From contig CM039000.1 in the NCBI GenBank assembly GCA_017499595.2, positions 2,108,001 through 2,172,000 of the forward strand: 64,000 bases of DNA. The letters run 5' to 3'. The position numbers and the translations under genes were made by a program. The stretch is from Psilocybe cubensis. Lineage: Eukaryota. Positions within the stretch are counted from its first letter, which is position 1; every line of letters starts with the position of its first letter. Under the pieces are notes generated by a model. It was given only the letters and a program-made list of their open reading frames with translations. It had not been told where the DNA came from and searched no databases. Below are positions 1 to 11,243 of this stretch, piece after piece.

Positions 1-1688
1 ACTGCGATTGTTCCTATGCCCGTTACTGCTGTTGACACTGGGTGTCCAGATTACGTTGGAAGGCGTTGTGGGCCGTGAAGGAGGTCGATTTGTGACTGCT
101 GTCATCGGCTGATACGATGGGCCTGAGAGTGGCGATGCAGGTCTACGACGACCAAGAATAGATGAGTTCAACGGGCTATCAAATTCGACAGAATCACCGC
201 CTGATGCACGCTGACTATCGTCTGGCGTATACCGTCCATTTGTACTTCTTTGAAGAAATAGTGGGGCAGCTGCCACAGGTGTAATAGGTGTAGATCTCGC
301 TGTTACCGAGGATATTGATTCGCGCCTAACCTTACTTGAAGCACTATTAGATAGCGGGGATGATTCGGTATAGGGTGATTGCGCGCGAGGTGTAGTAGAA
401 TGCGAACGTTGCTCGTCAAAGTCAAAGTCTCGAGGTGTCATGGGCCTGGGCATGCCTGGGATGTAGCCGGGAACAGTTCGAGCGGGTATAGGTGACTGCC
501 TGCGTTCACTGAATTCAGAGTGTATAGTCTGGTCAATAGATATAGCCATTGCAGCTTCATATAGAGCACTGTTATTAGAAACCTGACTCTCCCGTTGCTG
601 CGAAAAATTTTGTAAAATGGCATTCCACAACTAAAAAATATGGGAGAAACACGAACCACTTCAGCTGTAGGCTGGTCCAAACTACTACGCGGGACGGGGA
701 CAGAACGGGGCAGCAAAATTTCATCTTCAACCTCGTCTTCAATCTCCTTGATGGCCTCCTCGAGCGCCATGGAGGCACGAAGTACAGACGGTCCTAGGGC
801 TTTTTGCAGACGATACTCAGCAACGGAAATCGGCGCATTGTCGCCAAATGGAGCCGGAGGGATGTGAGGGGCGCTATGAACAAGGCCATCCTCGTTTGGA
901 CTTGGACTGGACTGGACTGAAGAAGGAATACTGTTTTCAGGGGTGACAGGTCGTATGCTGGTGTTAGATGCTTCTCTTGCCGACGTTGACACCTCTGTAG
1001 GAGTTAATGAAAGGGCGCGAGTGCTATTAATTGAGGCCTTGGAGGAGGCGACGCTCTTCAAATAGTTGTAGTCTCGTAGGCGCCCTGAGCCGAAGAGGTT
1101 GTTGCTGTATCGTTTTGAACGTGAGTTAGGGGATGATGTAACGCTAGAAGATGTAGCTGTTGAACGTATTGATGTCCTTGTGACAGTCGTTGAGTCGTCA
1201 GTTTCAGCGACGTGCTCCTGGGAGGCGGCAGGCGAGGGTGTCTTCGTCGACCGCAATTTGCCCAAAGTCTCAAGCAACATATCCTCCTCTTCCTCAGTAA
1301 TTTGATTCTGTGCACCACGAGCTCGCTGGTTTGCTAGCCTAGTCCTGAGGTGTTCTAACGACACGGGATCGCCTGTGGACGAACGGAGGAGGGAGAATCG
1401 ACGAGATAGGCTGGTGTGTGTTGAAGCGAAAGAGCCAAGTGGAGTCGGTTAGTTTACGTTACAGCAGCAGGGCCGACACTCACTCAGGCAAGATAAGCGA
1501 CGTGCGAAAATCGTTGGCGGAAGGCAGCTCTGGAAGTATATTTTGCGCGTCCTTTTCGTGCGTGTGCTGGAGATCGGGGACTTGACTGCGTTTCGCGTCA
1601 GACCGCTTCCTGTAACGGACAGATGGCCTGAATGAGACGGACGGTGCGATGCGCGCCGAATGATACAGACTTACCGAAAACGATTCAT
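1..1688 (-). CDS. Uncharacterised Ser/Pro-rich protein, multi-exon, 3' end runs off the window start
   Basis: ATG at 1688 (MNRFR|GTAAGT). The spliced reading ...FRTSLILPD|LSRRFSLLRSSTGDPVSLEHLRTRL joins the 438-1364 ORF, with GT-AG introns. No recognisable domain. Confidence 0.7.
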
Positions 1689-2101
1689 AGTGTGATACTA
1701 CGGCCCTCGCCTTATACACGTTGAGACGGGGGTATGTACTTGTCAATAGCTGTTTACAAAAGACACACGAGGCAACGTGGTAAACACGAGTTTGGAGTCG
1801 GAGAAGATCAGAAAGAGACTTTGCAGGGATGAAGCGCGAAAAGGCGAAAAATTACAACAAAAATGAAGCAAGCATAAGAAAAAGTAAAAAAGGCCTGGGT
1901 AGAGTCCTGACGGTCAAGAAGGAAAGAATGAATGCCAGTAAAAGGCATGGACCTCAATACTTTCCGCGAATGGCATCAATTCCATCATCGGTTAAATGAC
2001 CCCACCAAACATACACAAATATCCACTTAGTTTAGTAAATCTTGCAGACTCGTAGTACAATGTTACAAAAGATAAAGTACAAGGCTTCACAATATCCAAC
2101 T

Positions 2102-3053
2102 TTAGCTCGCATATCTGCCATCGTGCTTAGAATCAGATATCTGAACCGGTGGACAAATCACCTACTTCTTTGTCCACTCCTTGGCGATGGACAGAAACTT
2201 GCCCTTATCGTTCTTGAGTTGCTAGTAAATCGCCAAATCAGCATCGATGCTCTGTTGAGCCCGAGCGACATACCGCAGCAATTTCAAGCTCATAGGGATC
2301 ATCGGGACTGGGGTTGTTGACCTTCTCCTGGATGATAGCAAGCACTGCCAAATATTGAGGTCCTGCTTCGCGAACAACAGAAGCACACCCACCCGTGGAC
2401 AGAGTAACAGCCGGCTTCCACTGTACGTCCGGAAAGTTATGAGCTACCAGAGAAACCTCCGTATACATAAGTAAAAATGCGCACCTCGTCTCTAAGGATA
2501 GGAACACAGATAGAACCCTCTTCATTGATGCCTGGGTGGTAGATCTTAGTTGTAAAGGTCACCTACAGCAAAGCAACCAAGCCAGTTAGTGAGGAACGCG
2601 TTCCAAGATTCCGAGGTGGAGGTGCACACAGTAGGCGCTTTGAATGGGTAATTGGGCGGCAGGGAAAGTTTGAAATTGAAAGTCCCGTTCTTGTACGGTG
2701 AATCTGACTATAATGAAAGGTGAGTTACACTGTATCTAAGCGGAAGGAAAGGAGACACACTTCAGCCTTGATGGAGCATTTCCACTCAAAAAGATTATCC
2801 TCCTGCGGCTCAACGCTGATCCCCTATGCAGAAGAAGGCCAGTAGTCAGATATATGCTCCCAGCGGTACTAAGACAACAATACAGCAATAGGATTGGACG
2901 TGATGTCGGCGAGTTCCTGATATGAAAGAAGTCAGCGCGTGCGGGTTATCAGACACATTGGGGTGCGATCACCCTTTGAATTCGTCTAGATAGAGCGACT
3001 GAGTGCTGATGACTACAGGTGGGGGGCTAGACGACGTACCTAAGAGCAGTCAT
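2102..3053 (-). CDS. Ubiquitin-conjugating enzyme E2 (Ubc4/UBE2D-like), many short exons
   Basis: Spliced translation MTALRRIQRELADIT...DNLFEWKCSIK...SPYKNGTF...[39 protein letters not shown]...AKEWTKKYAS* matches the UBC fold with its active-site Cys. Confidence 0.93.
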
Positions 3054-3188
3054 GGAATAGGCGCGTGGGTGGTAGTATGTGTGTAAGAGTGTCAGGCCTC
3101 GGAGCTCAGGCCTCAGCCATAATCGGAGACGCCTAATTAGGAAGGGGCCATTATTGAGAGTCGTGACTCTCTCTCAGCACCGCTCTCA

Positions 3189-5435
3189 ATGCAAGCTGAA
3201 ATCGAAGGCTCCTCACCGCCGCCCCAGGAACTCTCAGAACTCCCTGCAGTATCCAACGGTCACCTCTTACTTCCAGCTACCTCCACGCCTATCACTGCTC
3301 CGTCGCGCTCGAACAAACGGAAACGTACAACCCAGGCCGCTGCTTCCTCACCTGCACCTTCAGACAATGCGGGCAACAACCCAAACAACACAGAGTCAGT
3401 TTATCATGTCTAAACCCATTGGAAATCTAATTAGCCCTTCCGCAGTCTTCTCGCTACTTCGCGCGCAGATCTCTCCTCCAGACCAATCCTCACAATTTCG
3501 CGAGGTCCAACATTCATTCCGGCTCCTGAGGGTTCGGAATGGTTCAAAACAGAAATGATTGGCGTGAATCGAGTAGGATATCGGTATATTCCTGCCGGAA
3601 TCAACCCCCCAGGACATGCGGCACCGTGTCGAACCATCGAAAGCAACCCCACTTGCTTTCGCATAAGCTGGGAGGACCGAAGCCCTTTTCTCCGTGTCTC
3701 AAAGGATGGACTAAAAATTGCAGGAAGCAAAGGTTTCCGCAGTGCACGGTGTAACGCGCCAATTCGTGAAGGGAAATGGTATATGGAGGTAAAGATTCTG
3801 CACGGCGGAGGAGAACATACTTCTGAGGACTCGAGGCGCGAAGGAGGGCATGTACGACTTGGTTGGGGAAGACGAGAGGCTCCTCTCAATGCACCCGTTG
3901 GTCTCGACGGATATAGCTATGGCTATCGCGACAAAACGGGCGAGAAGGTCACCCTGTCGCGTCCCCGTACCTACGGGCGTCCATTTGGTACGGGTGACGT
4001 TATTGGAATGTATATCTCACTTCCTCCGCGCAGGCAACCCAATAAAAAGGACCCTTATGACCCAGCTCATTTAAAGCGTGAACGTATTCCCATAGATCTC
4101 AAAGGCCAAGAAGTCTTCGAGATCTTGGAGTATCCTCAGTCGAAGGAAATGATTGCCCTCATGGATTATTCAGGTAAAACCGTAAGTTCTGCATCGGTGC
4201 CTTCAACGAACAAAAAACCGTCAAATGGGAAACCAGCCGAACGGGGGCCCGCCGTTGCCAATCACAAACCTGCTGCTCCAGCATTGCGTCCCTTGCCAAC
4301 ACTGCCGAATTCTCGAATCGCATTCTTCGTCAATGGCGAATCACAAGGCATTGCCTTCCAGGATCTTTATGATTACCTACCTCTTCGTCAAACGGATACA
4401 ACTAAAGCCAGCTCACGAAAACGTCAAAGGGAGGGTGTAAAGGAACACAGAGAAAATCCTTTTGACGACGGGACACTTGGTTATTTCCCGTTTATTTCAC
4501 TTTTCAATGATGCTAGTGTGCAACTCAATCCTGGTCCTGATTTTGAATTTCCACCTCCACCGGATATCGATAACTTCCTGGATGGCAAAATCTCGAATGA
4601 TTCTGATGTAACGGCTACAGTTGACGCCCCCCTCAGTGTAACACCCCCAAATAATGGTGCTTTGGACCACGAAGTACCAGCGATGACAACTTCTTTCACT
4701 CCTTCATTGGAAACAATCCAATCAATAGAGGATTTACCTCCTAAGCAGGAGGAAAATGAAGCAAATCCACAAGCAATAAACTCTGATGCTCGAATGTCAT
4801 CTCCCGTTGTACAGCCCCCATCCCCTAAAAGCTCAACAGCAATGATAGAACGCACCTGGCGACCAGCGTGCGAACGCTATCCAGAGTTTATGCAAGAAGA
4901 ATGGGCATTTGACGCTCGCGAGGATGAAGAAGCCAAAATTGAACTTGCTAAAATTGCTGCTGCCGAGAAATTGGAAGAGGATAAGCGGAAGCAGCGAGAG
5001 CGCAAAAGACTACAGGCGGAAGCAAAACGGAAGGCCAAGAAGGCTGAAGCACAACAAGCAGCAGAGGCTTTGGCCGAAGAGGAGAGGGAGAGGGAGAGGG
5101 AAAGAGAAAGAGAAAGAGAACTTCAGCGCGAGAGAGAGCGGGAGAGGGAGAGGTACGGCTCATTGCCAATACCTACTGGCCTTATTGGGCCTGGAATGCA
5201 AGGCAGCCATCATCCCAGCCCCAGTCCATTGCGACATTTCACTGCATATGAACCAGAGGGCTCGGCTGAGTACGAAAATTCCCCCGCTCCGACATTTGCA
5301 TCCTACGGCGACCTTCAAGGCGCCCAAAGCGGGTACACATCCGAAAATCATGACCATGAAGCCCCCGATGATATGGAAATCGACCAGGACATCGAAGCGC
5401 TCATTCCATCTTCACGATCGAGAACTCCTGCTTGA
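3189..5435 (+). CDS. ASH2: COMPASS/Set1C subunit Ash2/Bre2-like SPRY-domain protein
   Basis: SPRY motifs KGFRSARCN..IREGKWYMEVKI, HVRLGWGRREAPLNAPVGLDGYSYGYRD, FGTGDVIG, YFPFISLF...LNPGPDF. One intron (~3395-3445) joins the 3189 exon to the 3555 ORF in frame. Confidence 0.9.
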
Positions 5436-8400
5436 TATAAGGGTGCTTCTCTGCAATGCGTTTTTGTACTTTTTTCTTCAGCAGCGTTGCAACCACGCTA
5501 CCCGTGACGACAATATTACAGTTGTACTTAATTATCAAGGAGTAATGATTATTGATTTTTTATCTGTTAGGGCCATGAAATCCACACGTTGCAAAACGTT
5601 GCACGAACCATGATTTAAATCATAATCGTCTTAGAGCAATCTCTATTTATGCTTGTCTTGGCAATGCGCCACACTCTTCGACGGATCACTGTCCAACTCT
5701 GTCGAAATGTTCGTTTACCCAATATCGGGATATTCCTCAGTACGGCGAAGGCCCGAAGTTTTCCCTCTTTTTCTTGCTTCAAACCCAACAAGAAAACTTA
5801 TGAAATCCAGTGGAAATGGTTTTGATACGGAATGTTGCGGATAGCAATCGATGAACAATTATCGCCTGCAGGTATCAGTAGTGTCAGCCTTCCGCAAGCA
5901 GCAAGCGTTCGCATTGACTTCCTCCAATTCCAAACTTGATCGTCACCGCTTCCACACGCACCCTGATTCTATTCTAAGCCACCCAACCTTAGAGTGCTCG
6001 TATCCTCGTGTTTGGTGTGTTTTCACCCCACATACCTTCGGCATGTTTGCGCAATCGAAGTGCGTTTCGAAGTGTCCAGGTTACAATGAGTAGAGCGGCA
6101 AGTCGCCAGATGCTGGGGACTGTATATTTTTTTTACTGCGACTTGAAAATATTCGTGTCCCAACTTCTTACCCGACAATCCGCGCGAATGAAAATGCGCT
6201 TTTTATGCCTCTAGCCATCTACCTACAACTGGTCTGCCCTTCCAGTCAAGAAATTTAAAGGTACAGTCCAAATGTGGTTTATTCAAGGATCGATGGATAC
6301 CCTTTCGGGAATATGGGATCGACTTCTTCCCCTTGCTTGACGATCCAAAATAGAAACTTGTGGACGCTCCCGCAGAAAAATACTCGAGCTATCCAAGGAT
6401 AGTCATGACCATGGTTAAGATGGCGTATGCTCGGAAAAACCTATGAGATCGACAACGGATACATCTCTGAGCCACGGAAATCGGGGTGATTTCTCTTTTC
6501 AGGGTGTCTCAGAAGGAATTGGGTTAAAGCTATCGCGGAGACGCTCTGCATTAGGACTGTTCAAGGGCTGAAGCTTCTCCACTGTCTGATCATGGCCAGG
6601 TGCATGATAACGGTATCGCCACCAGTACCATTGCGACACACGCCAATCACAGAGAGAACGTTGCATCTCATTTCAGCAAGTAATGGAGAACTTGCCTTCT
6701 CATACCCGGTGGGGGTGGTTATACTATCAACGCTAGATGCACGTCAGGAACGGGGCTGCCTTGTGCTCGGTTAATTTCCCTAATCTCCCTGTATATAATC
6801 GACATCGAACTTGCGTTGATTTTATATCTGCAAACTATTGGCCACTCGAATTACAGTCCCTTATCTATATACACTCAATTTGGCAGTAAGATAGCAGACC
6901 TTGCCTCCGGTTGGAAGGCTGAATTGTTGCGATGGTAAGTTATGTGGATAGGAGATGAGGTTTTTAATCCAACTGTCATCTCCTGAGCCACAGCAATGCA
7001 GGCTTTGTATTAATGTCAAGGTTTATTTGACTGAAATGGCTGATAACGTTTATTTTCTTTACATGTGGACTCACAAATCGGATGTATGCTGTCAGTAATA
7101 GGGGGATCGACAACGTGTCTAAAAATAGACGCCCGTATCTTAAAAGCTTAATTTGGTCACCCGACGCTCGAGGTTGTGTATCGACTCCGCCCTCACATTT
7201 TGGTACACTTTAAACATACGAGAAAATATCACATGTTAAGTGCATTTGTTGGTGATTGATTCCTGAGCCATAAAGGCTCAAATAGTCCAGGCAGGAGCAC
7301 GTTCTTCAATATTGAAGACGGCGTCGTTTTATGATGCCAGTTAATCTGACTAGCATAGCATTTCGCAGCAGCAAAGTCTGGAAATGAGCCGAGGGAAAAT
7401 TTTCAGCGCTCCAGGTCTCATTCACGCTACTTGAAAAGTACAAGACGACCGCGCTCCCAGTTACATTTCTCTCATGTGTTTCTCTCGTGGATTCGGAAAT
7501 GACTTGACATTGGAGAGAAGCTAGGCTCATGTTACTCTCCTCCGTTTAGACACAGTTGCTTATGGAATTTTATCCAGTGCAAGTTAATTCATCGCCTGCA
7601 CCTCACTGAGCTCCGTAAGTGCTCGGCACTGTCCCGTCAAGATTCGTTCGTGTGTGAACCCGGGCTACTACAGGTCATCAGAAGACAAAAAAGAAAGCTA
7701 TTAGTATCAGCTATGAAAAAAAAAATATACACGCGAAATTGACTCGGGGCACTGGAGAGACTGCGCAAACTGCACCGCTAGTCTCTTGTGTTTGGCAGAC
7801 CAAACTTAGAAGACCAAGTTCCCCCAAAACAGCGCTTTAATCTAACTCAATAGTATGAAGGTTCCGACAAAGTGAAGAATGACATGAGAGGTTCCCAGGT
7901 GAAATTAATTACATGCCTCTGCACAGATTATGTCTAAAATTCTTTTAGAACAGAGTAGTCGAGTGCCAATTTATTGCCCTTTCTAAGTATACATGCCTTG
8001 AGATGATTCTGGTCGGACGACAATTAATTGACCTCGAGTTTTTGAATGGGCGCGAGAAGTTGCCAGTGAAGGATCAAGGAAAAGTGCAACCCCGAAGCTA
8101 ACCCGGACCAAGGAAAGATTTCTCATTGTATTCTCACATGTACCCTTCCTCGTGTTCGTCTGTCTGACCGAGAACTGAGTAAGAGATGACGAAAACTAAT
8201 CCGCGATGTGAAGTTTACTTAGCTCTGAACATCCCGTCGGTCACTTGAAAAACTTGCGCACGAGTCTGGTGATTTGAAAGAGACAAGTTTAACGTGGAAA
8301 TGAACAGGATCTAATAATTAATAGCTAGACATGAGATTGTAAGAAGAGTAAGTAATAGGTAGATTCATATCCTAGTAATCATGGCGTAATCATAATAGGT

Positions 8401-9895
8401 CCGTAAAGCAAACGAAATAAGAATATTTAACTACTTTTTGGCCATCGTAGAGCATATTGTTGATAGCCCGCAAGCGGACCAAGCGGATGTAGAAGATGAT
8501 TTATGAGACAATGGAAAAGGGCATAAAAGTTGACAAGTCGTAATTCATGAAGAGGAGATTGATTAGAGAAGATCGATAAGGTGAAAACACCAAGTCAGAA
8601 ATGAAAAATTGATGTGAACGGTTCGGAACTTGATAAAGGGTAAGCAACAAAACGTAACGGCCAAAGTGGACGAACAGTGGATACTCAGGATCTGTCCAGG
8701 GGAAAAAAGAACATGGAACGAGGACAGTTCGAAGAAGGAATTAGAAACAGAGTTGAAAACAAATGACCTATTCCGTTCGGAATAGCCACCCCCATGACCT
8801 ACAGTTCCCAAACGGCAAACTGAAAAGCGGCACCCTTTTAGACACCGAGAGCTCGGGAAGTTCGGCACGATGTAAAAAGGATTGGCTAAAATCGCCATAT
8901 CACCCTTTACATAGGAGATTAGAAGAGAAATGAACCTGTGTATGGCTTTCGGACATAAGAGCAGAGTAGACGATACAAGCATGTGGGTTGGAAGGTGAGA
9001 GCGGATGACCCGGGAAACTCGAGTCCTCCCCGCAGCCTCGAGGCATCAGTGTCACGGCTGACGAGTGACGGGGAATCGATAGACAGACAATGGGAAAACC
9101 CTGAGTGGTAAAAGGAAAACTCCCCAAAGTTCTTGAAATGTGGGGTATTCGATGCATGCCAAAGTGCATTACGCATACATAATACCCCACACTAAGGGTC
9201 TTCTAACGTCAGAAAAGGTTCGCGTGCGTAATTGCGTCGTGCGAGTTCCGTACGCGTGTCGGAGGTCCGATAGGATACCCAATCCAAAGAGAGGAAAGAC
9301 TAGACATTTTCGGAGACTGATAAACTGAAAATAAGAGACTTTTGGGCTCCGGGTCCAGCGCAATCCGAATTGAACAAGTCTGGACACTTTGATTAGAGAT
9401 CTAGACGGTTTGGATGATGTAGGGACGATTTTGGGAAAAGATAGCGGATGTCCGAGGTATGGGAAGAAGCAGGGCATTATGTCGGACCGATTAGATCGAA
9501 GCACTTTGATGACGCCGTCGAATCGTAATAGAGAAACGGTGTGTGCATGTCGTGGACCTAAAGGTCGTGGAGGGGCTGTGCTTTGAGCAGGGTGTCGCAT
9601 TGGCAATTAGCTTTGCGCAGTGCGCAGTGTGAATGGTGCCGGCGGATTGGGATGTTGTAAGAAGGCCCGTTGTAGAGTGTGAGAAGAATGATAGAGGACA
9701 TTAGCGCGTTGGGAGTAGACGGCAAATGTGTATCTACACCAGCTGGAATCTAGATATAGAGCATCATCGAAAACAGGGAAAATTGCCCGTGTATTACTTT
9801 ACTGAAAACAAGCAACTGAAGGCGGATATATAGAATAAATGGTATAACCAGTGGATCTGTATGATAGTGTGGATATGTGGACGTGGATGTGGATG

Positions 9896-9945
9896 AGATG
9901 ATGATGATGATGATGTGTGAAGAAAATGATGATGATGATGATGAT
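9896..9945. repeat. (GAT)n microsatellite, two runs, in the probable 3' UTR of the 10159-11112 gene
   Basis: gatgatgatgatg... runs seen directly. Confidence 0.85.
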
Positions 9946-10158
9946 GGAGCACTGGCCAGGGTAGTTGTGTATGGGTGTGTGTGTGAAAGGTATGTCGCGA
10001 AAGGGTGTAGAGTGGTGGATGTCGCATGTAAAAGAGTCATATAGACTCATAAATGGAGACGGAGCATCGAGCTCTGACTTGTAATGATGTACAGAGAAAT
10101 GAAAGCAAAAAGTGAAAGAAAATGACTCAATAAGAAAAAAAGGCAGGGAGAAGGCGTG

Positions 10159-11112
10159 TTAGAAGCTAGTGCTCCTTTTTCGTCGAGGAACCTTGCGCTG
10201 CTGGTGGTGCTGCTTGTTTCCACCGGTGAGCCCCATAAAGATTCGCTTTAGAAGTGGCGGCTGTTTGATTTGATATGCAGAGAATGGGTACTGTGGTACA
10301 TTCTGGGAGGGGGTCAGTAGGTGTGCACGGGTAGAGGGAGAGAAAGGACGGACATCGTATTCAACAGCCTTGACAGGAGAGCCTGCGGGATAGACGTAGG
10401 ATGGATTCTGGTAGTAGGGGGGCGTAGATGGATACTTTGCATCCTGGGGGTAGTAGTGGGGGGCTGTCTGTGACCGTGTTGGAGTAGGCATGGACTTGTA
10501 TGCAGCCGGTGCGGACCATGGAGGCTGCTGCGGGGGAAAGTATGAAGTTGGAGAGGGCACCTGGGTGGATGAGGAGCGAGAAGAATGGCGCGAGTCCCTG
10601 GGAGAGGCGACTCTGGGAGCGTATGGGTTCTGGGGGTAGGTGGTGGGGGGTGGATACTGGGCGACGGGTGAGGTATTGAGGGGGAGCGGGGGAGGCACTG
10701 TGTAGTTCCTGGTCGGCTCTGGACGAGCAGGCTGTGAATGGGAGGCTGATCTATGGCGCTTTGTCGCTGTGTGGGGACGAGAGGGCGAGTCTGAGTGGTA
10801 GTGCTGCTCCCTGTCCCTGTCGCGGCCGCGGTCTCTGTCCCGCTCGCGCTCGCGACCACGATCACGATCCCTGTCCGAGTCCCTTGTGCGACGACGATCC
10901 CTGTCATCGCTAGAGGCGTGCCTGCGATGGGTTGTTGGGTGGTCGTCGGAGTTGTCGTGGAGCTTGAGGGCGCGGACGGCGGGGGTGGCCGGGGTGAAGG
11001 GGTTGCGGAGAGAGGGGGCGAGGAGATTTGTCTTGTCAACCCAGCGGGCTATCTGCTGCTGCTTGCGGATGTGGGCCTCAAAGGCCTCTGGGGAAAAGTC
11101 GTATTCAGTCAT
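10159..11112 (-). CDS. Uncharacterised Pro/Arg-Asp-rich protein
   Basis: 317-aa ORF starting MTEYDFSPEAFEAHIRKQQQIARWV, with a probable in-frame intron ~10304-10354 (GTCCGT...CCCAG). Confidence 0.7.
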   Translation of the reverse strand: MTEYDFSPEAFEAHIRKQQQIARWVDKTNLLAPSLRNPFTPATPAVRALKLHDNSDDHPTTHRRHASSDDRDRRRTRDSDRDRDRGRERERDRDRGRDRDREQHYHSDSPSRPHTATKRHRSASHSQPARPEPTRNYTVPPPLPLNTSPVAQYPPPTTYPQNPYAPRVASPRDSRHSSRSSSTQVPSPTSYFPPQQPPWSAPAAYKSMPTPTRSQTAPHYYPQDAKYPSTPPYYQNPSYVYPAGSPVKAVEYDVRPFSPSTRAHLLTPSQNVPQYPFSAYQIKQPPLLKRIFMGLTGGNKQHHQQRKVPRRKRSTSF

Positions 11113-11243
11113 GGGCCGGTGCAGAAAGGGACAAGTCGCCCGCTTATATTATATCACTTACCTTCCCACAACGAGGACAAATACCCCAATCCGCCGTTCC
11201 AAATCGGGCTCCTTTTCTTCCCACGCTTCTCTCTCCTTCCGCC

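Noticed and set aside
5078-5152. GAGAGG/GAAAGA repeat
   Set aside because: It is an ordinary Glu-Arg low-complexity coding tract inside ASH2.
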